A model generated the notes under the pieces. It was given only the letters and a program-made list of their open reading frames with translations, was not told the origin of the DNA and ran no database searches. From IMG/VR virus record IMGVR_UViG_2871731064_000001: a stretch of 27,395 nt of DNA; one strand, written 5' to 3'. Position numbers and translations under genes: made by a program. Every line of letters begins with the position of its first letter. Position 1 is the first letter of the stretch. Shown piece by piece: positions 23,698 through 27,395 of the stretch. The stretch comes from an uncultured virus (IMG/VR IMGVR_UViG_2871731064_000001) (Duplodnaviria > Heunggongvirae > Uroviricota > Caudoviricetes).

Positions 23698-25922
23698 TGA
23701 ATGAGATTTTAAGCAACCGTATGGTGCTGGACCTCCAGAGCCGCACACCTGGCGCAGTGCTGGCGCAGGCGGTTTATGACGGCCTGATGACCGGCAGCAG
23801 CGCGGATATGATGCTGGAAAGCGCCACTATCGACGATATCGATCACACCTACCTGGGAAATGAAAGCCTGGTGCCGGGTGCGATGTTTGAGGCGATCAGC
23901 ACCGAGCGCATGCGTCTGGCGCAGACCATGCGCGCCTTCGTGAAGGCCTTAAACCGTGGCCTGAATGGGACCAATATCAGCGCCGGTACGGACGATGCAG
24001 GCGCGGATACGACCGGGCAGAAAACTGTGGGCGGCGCGGTGATTGGCAAAGTGCGCCGTGTGGCCAGCATACCGGTTATGAGTGCGCTAATCCCGTTATC
24101 AGACGGGCAAAGCGTGTCGCTGGTGTTCCACTCTCCAACTGCTGACAACGGTAAGATCCGCAATCAGGATACGCTGGTGGCGTTCCAGTTCCTGATCAAC
24201 AAGCGCGACGTGACGCACATCGTGGCCCCGATTGGCGGACGGGATGTGTCGCTGCAGCAGGTCACGCAGGCGCTTTCAAACCTGATTGAGAAGAACAGTG
24301 GCAAATTCACAAAGCAGAAGGACGCCCAGGCTAAGCTGCGCGCCGAAGTGGAAACTACCCAGGCGGAAACTGACAAGCTGGCAGAGCAGCAATCGGCACT
24401 ACTGGAAGTGGTGGACACACAGACCGCACGCGTGCAGACGCAGCAGGACAATGAGCAGACGCTGCGAGGCAAAGTCGCAGCCCAGCGCCAGATTAATGCC
24501 GACCTTACCGGACAGCTGGCGGCACTGCAGCAGGCGAAAGCCAGTGAGCCTGAAAGCACGGACACTTTCAGTGATCGCACTATCCAGGTTAAAGCGCGCC
24601 TGAACATAGACGGACAGGCGACGCTGAGCAACGGCGCGACGGTCCGCTATCACAGCTATGACCAGGACGGCGAGCTTGAAGGCAAGGTGATCATCACCGA
24701 AGCGGACGGGACCACGTTTGAAATGCCGTCCAAATCCAGCCAGGGCGCGGATATGGGTAAAGCGGCTACCAAACTGTTGAAGGCCTACCGCACCGGCGCG
24801 GCGGATAAATACCGTGTCAGTGCTGAGCCAGTATCGACGCAGGAGCCGCAACCTGAACCGACGCCACAGCCTGAACCGGCGCCGCAACCAGAACCACAGC
24901 CAGAACCACAGCCACAGCCAGAGCCAGAGCCACAACCCGATCCTGTTACACCTGCAGCCGTCTGGCGTTATGCGCTGGTAAACCGGCCAGTGGGTATCGG
25001 CGCGGTACCGCCTGAATATGCTTCCGTTGCAGACCAGCCAGCAGAAGGCCAGCCATACAGCGGCGTTGCGCGTAACGGCATCATTTCCTACGACCGTCCA
25101 CTTACTGACAAAGAGATTGCTGACTTTGAGCTGAAGCTGATCCCGACGCATGCGGATCTCGATGCGCTGGCCGTAACCGTGGCCGACAGGATGAGCGATT
25201 ACGCCGCGCAGTATCTGGAAATGTCCGCAGAAGACCCGGACACCTACGCAAAACAGGTGCGCATGGTTGCCCGTAAAAACCTGACTGGCGTGGCCTACCC
25301 CGAAGGTGAAGACCTGACCTACTTCAATCAGGCCATTGACGCCAGATTGCAGATCCTTGCAGCAGATGAGCCAAAGCAGGAAGAGACAGACGTGACTGAC
25401 GATCGTGAAAGCACTGACCCATTCTGGATAGCGGCGAAGCGCCTGGGCGACCTCGTAGGCTGGGCGTCTGACCTGGTAAATGCCTGGGCTGAAGCGCTGG
25501 GTTATGGCAGTGAGCAGATGAAGCAGGCGGCGGACTATGTGGAGGCTAATCAGAGTCCTGAGTATCTGAAGGCAGTGGAGACAGCGATGATCACCGGCAA
25601 GCGTATTCCGCTGGTGGAGGAACTAAGCACCTCTGAGCCAGAGCCAGCCCCGCAGCCAGAGCCACAACCAGAACCGCAGCCTGAGCCAGTGCCGGAAGCA
25701 GACACCCAGGCGCAGAAGGCGATTGATTACCTTCAGGGGCTGACTTCTCTCGATACCGACGATATGGACGTGATCCGTGCTGGCCGTACCCAGGTCCGTG
25801 AGGCCATTGCCGCACTGACGGCCGCGGGTGTATTCGATGAAAACGAATCGCTGGTCAATGACGCTGTGCAGCACCTTAGCGATCTGCTGGTGGCCGTGCA
25901 GCGCAACGGGGTGGCCGCATGA
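23694..25922 (+). CDS. darA: Defence-against-restriction protein DarA
   Basis: DarA_N-like region (LSDGQSVS.VFHSP, FQFL.NK.DVTH.VAP..GRD), coiled coil, DarA_C-like region (YAL..RP…GA.P…GI..YDRPL..K.I..FELK), P1-like C-terminal helix bundle. Confidence 0.9.
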   Translation: MMNEILSNRMVLDLQSRTPGAVLAQAVYDGLMTGSSADMMLESATIDDIDHTYLGNESLVPGAMFEAISTERMRLAQTMRAFVKALNRGLNGTNISAGTDDAGADTTGQKTVGGAVIGKVRRVASIPVMSALIPLSDGQSVSLVFHSPTADNGKIRNQDTLVAFQFLINKRDVTHIVAPIGGRDVSLQQVTQALSNLIEKNSGKFTKQKDAQAKLRAEVETTQAETDKLAEQQSALLEVVDTQTARVQTQQDNEQTLRGKVAAQRQINADLTGQLAALQQAKASEPESTDTFSDRTIQVKARLNIDGQATLSNGATVRYHSYDQDGELEGKVIITEADGTTFEMPSKSSQGADMGKAATKLLKAYRTGAADKYRVSAEPVSTQEPQPEPTPQPEPAPQPEPQPEPQPQPEPEPQPDPVTPAAVWRYALVNRPVGIGAVPPEYASVADQPAEGQPYSGVARNGIISYDRPLTDKEIADFELKLIPTHADLDALAVTVADRMSDYAAQYLEMSAEDPDTYAKQVRMVARKNLTGVAYPEGEDLTYFNQAIDARLQILAADEPKQEETDVTDDRESTDPFWIAAKRLGDLVGWASDLVNAWAEALGYGSEQMKQAADYVEANQSPEYLKAVETAMITGKRIPLVEELSTSEPEPAPQPEPQPEPQPEPVPEADTQAQKAIDYLQGLTSLDTDDMDVIRAGRTQVREAIAALTAAGVFDENESLVNDAVQHLSDLLVAVQRNGVAA
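24841..24945 (+). repeat. Pro-Glu/Pro-Gln degenerate 6-bp tandem repeat (linker)
   Basis: EPQPEPTPQPEPAPQPEPQPEPQPQPEPEPQP encoded by CCAGAG/CCACAG/CCTGAA units. Confidence 0.85.
25635..25698 (+). repeat. Second Pro-Glu/Pro-Gln linker repeat in darA
   Basis: EPEPAPQPEPQPEPQPEPVPE. Confidence 0.8.
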
Positions 25923-26314
25923 TCTTAACCGCACTGCAAAAGCTGGATTTAGCCGACCAGCTGGACGAGCTGATTATCAAAGCCCCGACCGTTAAGGGGC
26001 TGGACCTTCTGGATCTCAATGACCAGATGGAGGCGATAATGCTCCAGCTGGGTTATGGCGCTGCGCCTGCACCCGCCACCAGCGAACCGGCACCTGCGCC
26101 GGTCACTGAGCCACAGCCGGAACCCGTGAAGGAAGATCAGCCCGTTCCCGAAGTGGTTACTGACTTTCTGGCCGGTAAATTCACCAGCCAGGCGCAGCTG
26201 GATTTTGTTGAGACGCTGCGCCGTGTCGGTGACTACATCGGCGTTTATCTGGAGCTGGACGACGCGAGACAACAGACCGCCAGCTGGATAGCCGCCAGCG
26301 GCCTCGCTGCTTAA
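25919..26314 (+). CDS. ddrA: DdrA, antirestriction accessory protein
   Basis: 131 aa with KLDL.DQ.D.L, Pro-rich linker and V.DFLAGKF..Q motifs. ATGA overlap with darA. Confidence 0.8.
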   Translation: MILTALQKLDLADQLDELIIKAPTVKGLDLLDLNDQMEAIMLQLGYGAAPAPATSEPAPAPVTEPQPEPVKEDQPVPEVVTDFLAGKFTSQAQLDFVETLRRVGDYIGVYLELDDARQQTASWIAASGLAA

Positions 26315-26319
26315 ACATC

Positions 26320-26343
26320 AACCCCGTTTCGGCGGGGTTTTTT
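26320..26343 (+). terminator. Intrinsic terminator between ddrA and ddrB
   Basis: AACCCCGT-TTCG-GCGGGGTT-TTTT. Confidence 0.75.
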
Positions 26344-26358
26344 ATTCCTGGGAACAAA

Positions 26359-27395
26359 ATGCTTAACGAGAAATTACGAAATCTGCTGAGCGATGCTGGC
26401 AGCATATTTGCCCTGATCGGGCTGGTGGGCTCACTGCGTAAAGCGCAGACTACAACAGGGCGATCGTCATATGTCGTCACCGGCAAAGGGCAGGAGGTAA
26501 AGACGGCGTTTAAGGTGGTGGATGCGCGCCACCTGATTATCTCTAACAACCTCGACGGCACCATAAACCCGCTTTTTCCGGCTGAGTTGCAGCCACGCGA
26601 CCGCACGCGCCTGACCAGTAAAGTGCAGGTATCCAAAATCGCGGGCAACCTCCGACCGGCAAAGCTGACTGATTCAGGCATGAGCAGCCACGGCGCGCCA
26701 ATCGTGGGCGCAGATAACGTGGTTGAGTCGGGTAACGGGCGTTCGATGGGGATCACCCGCGCCTATGAGCAAGGGCAGGCCGACGATTACCGCCAGTATT
26801 TGATCGAGCACGCAAAAGATTACGGCCTTAAAGCGTCGGATATCGAACAGATGGATATGCCGGTACTGGTGCGTGAACGCATCACCGACGTTGACCGTGC
26901 GCAGTTTGCAAAAGACTCCAATCTCTCTGACTTGCAGGAAATGGCGGCGAGTGAGAAGGCATTTGTCGATGCCGAAATGCTCGACGAGCGTCTGATGGCC
27001 ATATTCAATCCGTCCGACGACGGCAACCTTCTGGCACGCTCAAACGACGGCTTTATCCGGGCATTCATGAAAGAGATTGGCGATACAGCGACCGCAGGCC
27101 TGCTGACCGAAGACGGGCGCCCGACGAAGCAGCTGATTGACCGTATGCAAAATGCGATCTTTGCCCGTGCCTACAAAAACGAGCGGCTGGTTAAGCTGGT
27201 ATCCGAAGAGCCGGACCCGGAAATGCGCAATATCCTGACAGCGCTCAACACGGCGGCAAGCGAGTTTGCACAGATGCAGATGCTATCCGGAGACGTACAC
27301 CGGCAGGCCGTCACCGGGCTGGTGGATGGGGTACAGTCGGTTGATGGTCTCGATCAGCAGGCAATCGCCGCGCTGCAGGATGCTATCAAGCTGGT
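26359..27395 (+). CDS. ddrB: DdrB (ParB/Srx-like domain), truncated at window end
   Basis: Absent from the ORF track because there is no stop in the window. MLNEKLRNLL…; ELQPRDR, GAPIVG.DNVVESGNGR, PVLVRER, NAIFARAY motifs of the ddrB-ParB family. Confidence 0.88.
   Translation, partial: MLNEKLRNLLSDAGSIFALIGLVGSLRKAQTTTGRSSYVVTGKGQEVKTAFKVVDARHLIISNNLDGTINPLFPAELQPRDRTRLTSKVQVSKIAGNLRPAKLTDSGMSSHGAPIVGADNVVESGNGRSMGITRAYEQGQADDYRQYLIEHAKDYGLKASDIEQMDMPVLVRERITDVDRAQFAKDSNLSDLQEMAASEKAFVDAEMLDERLMAIFNPSDDGNLLARSNDGFIRAFMKEIGDTATAGLLTEDGRPTKQLIDRMQNAIFARAYKNERLVKLVSEEPDPEMRNILTALNTAASEFAQMQMLSGDVHRQAVTGLVDGVQSVDGLDQQAIAALQDAIKL

Noticed and set aside
24841..24945. Tandem repeats as a possible CRISPR array or iterons
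   Set aside because: Degenerate in-frame 6-bp coding units with no spacers.
24399..25151. 250-aa minus-strand ORF with WLWLWF repeats
   Set aside because: Antisense shadow of the darA Pro-Glu/Gln linker.
3255..27068. Numerous antisense or alternate-frame ORFs (e.g. 1452..1970, 3277..3615, 12234..12797, 18604..19188, 26181..26756)
   Set aside because: They are nested against strongly supported genes, lack SDs or recognisable motifs, and are expected from GC-rich codon bias.

Overview
This window is the morphogenesis region of a P1-like (Punavirus-type) myophage/phage-plasmid. The proteins are clear but divergent homologues of phage P1 proteins, identified from recalled motifs and gene order rather than a database search. 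Order on the + strand: a late operon (hypothetical gene, PAAR spike tip upfC, i-/o-spanin pair), major capsid gp23, tail sheath gp22, gp21, pmgG, tail tube bplB, pmgC, tub, pmgB, tape measure sit, pmgA, bplA, gp16, R, tail fibre S, fibre chaperone U, then the lydA-lydB-hdf-darA-ddrA-ddrB lysis/antirestriction operon, with ddrB truncated at the window end. Three small minus-strand genes lie at the left. Blocks that interrupt this cluster in P1 (repA/parAB, the immI/lytic replicon region, cin with the invertible segment) are absent here. The most notable unannotated signals are: (1) a hidden +1-frame ORF with no early ATG between pmgB and sit, suggesting a G/GT-type tail-chaperone recoding event; (2) a recurring late-promoter motif, approximately AAWTACRRAC-N4-TAnnnT; (3) an overlapping promoter/terminator/RBS switch ahead of the tail-fibre operon; (4) an M-[LIF]-E-[SA] putative prohead-protease motif that points to gp21 as a scaffold/core protein; (5) apparent extra or swapped domains in Sit, gp16 and DarA; (6) a 12-codon translational relay ORF.
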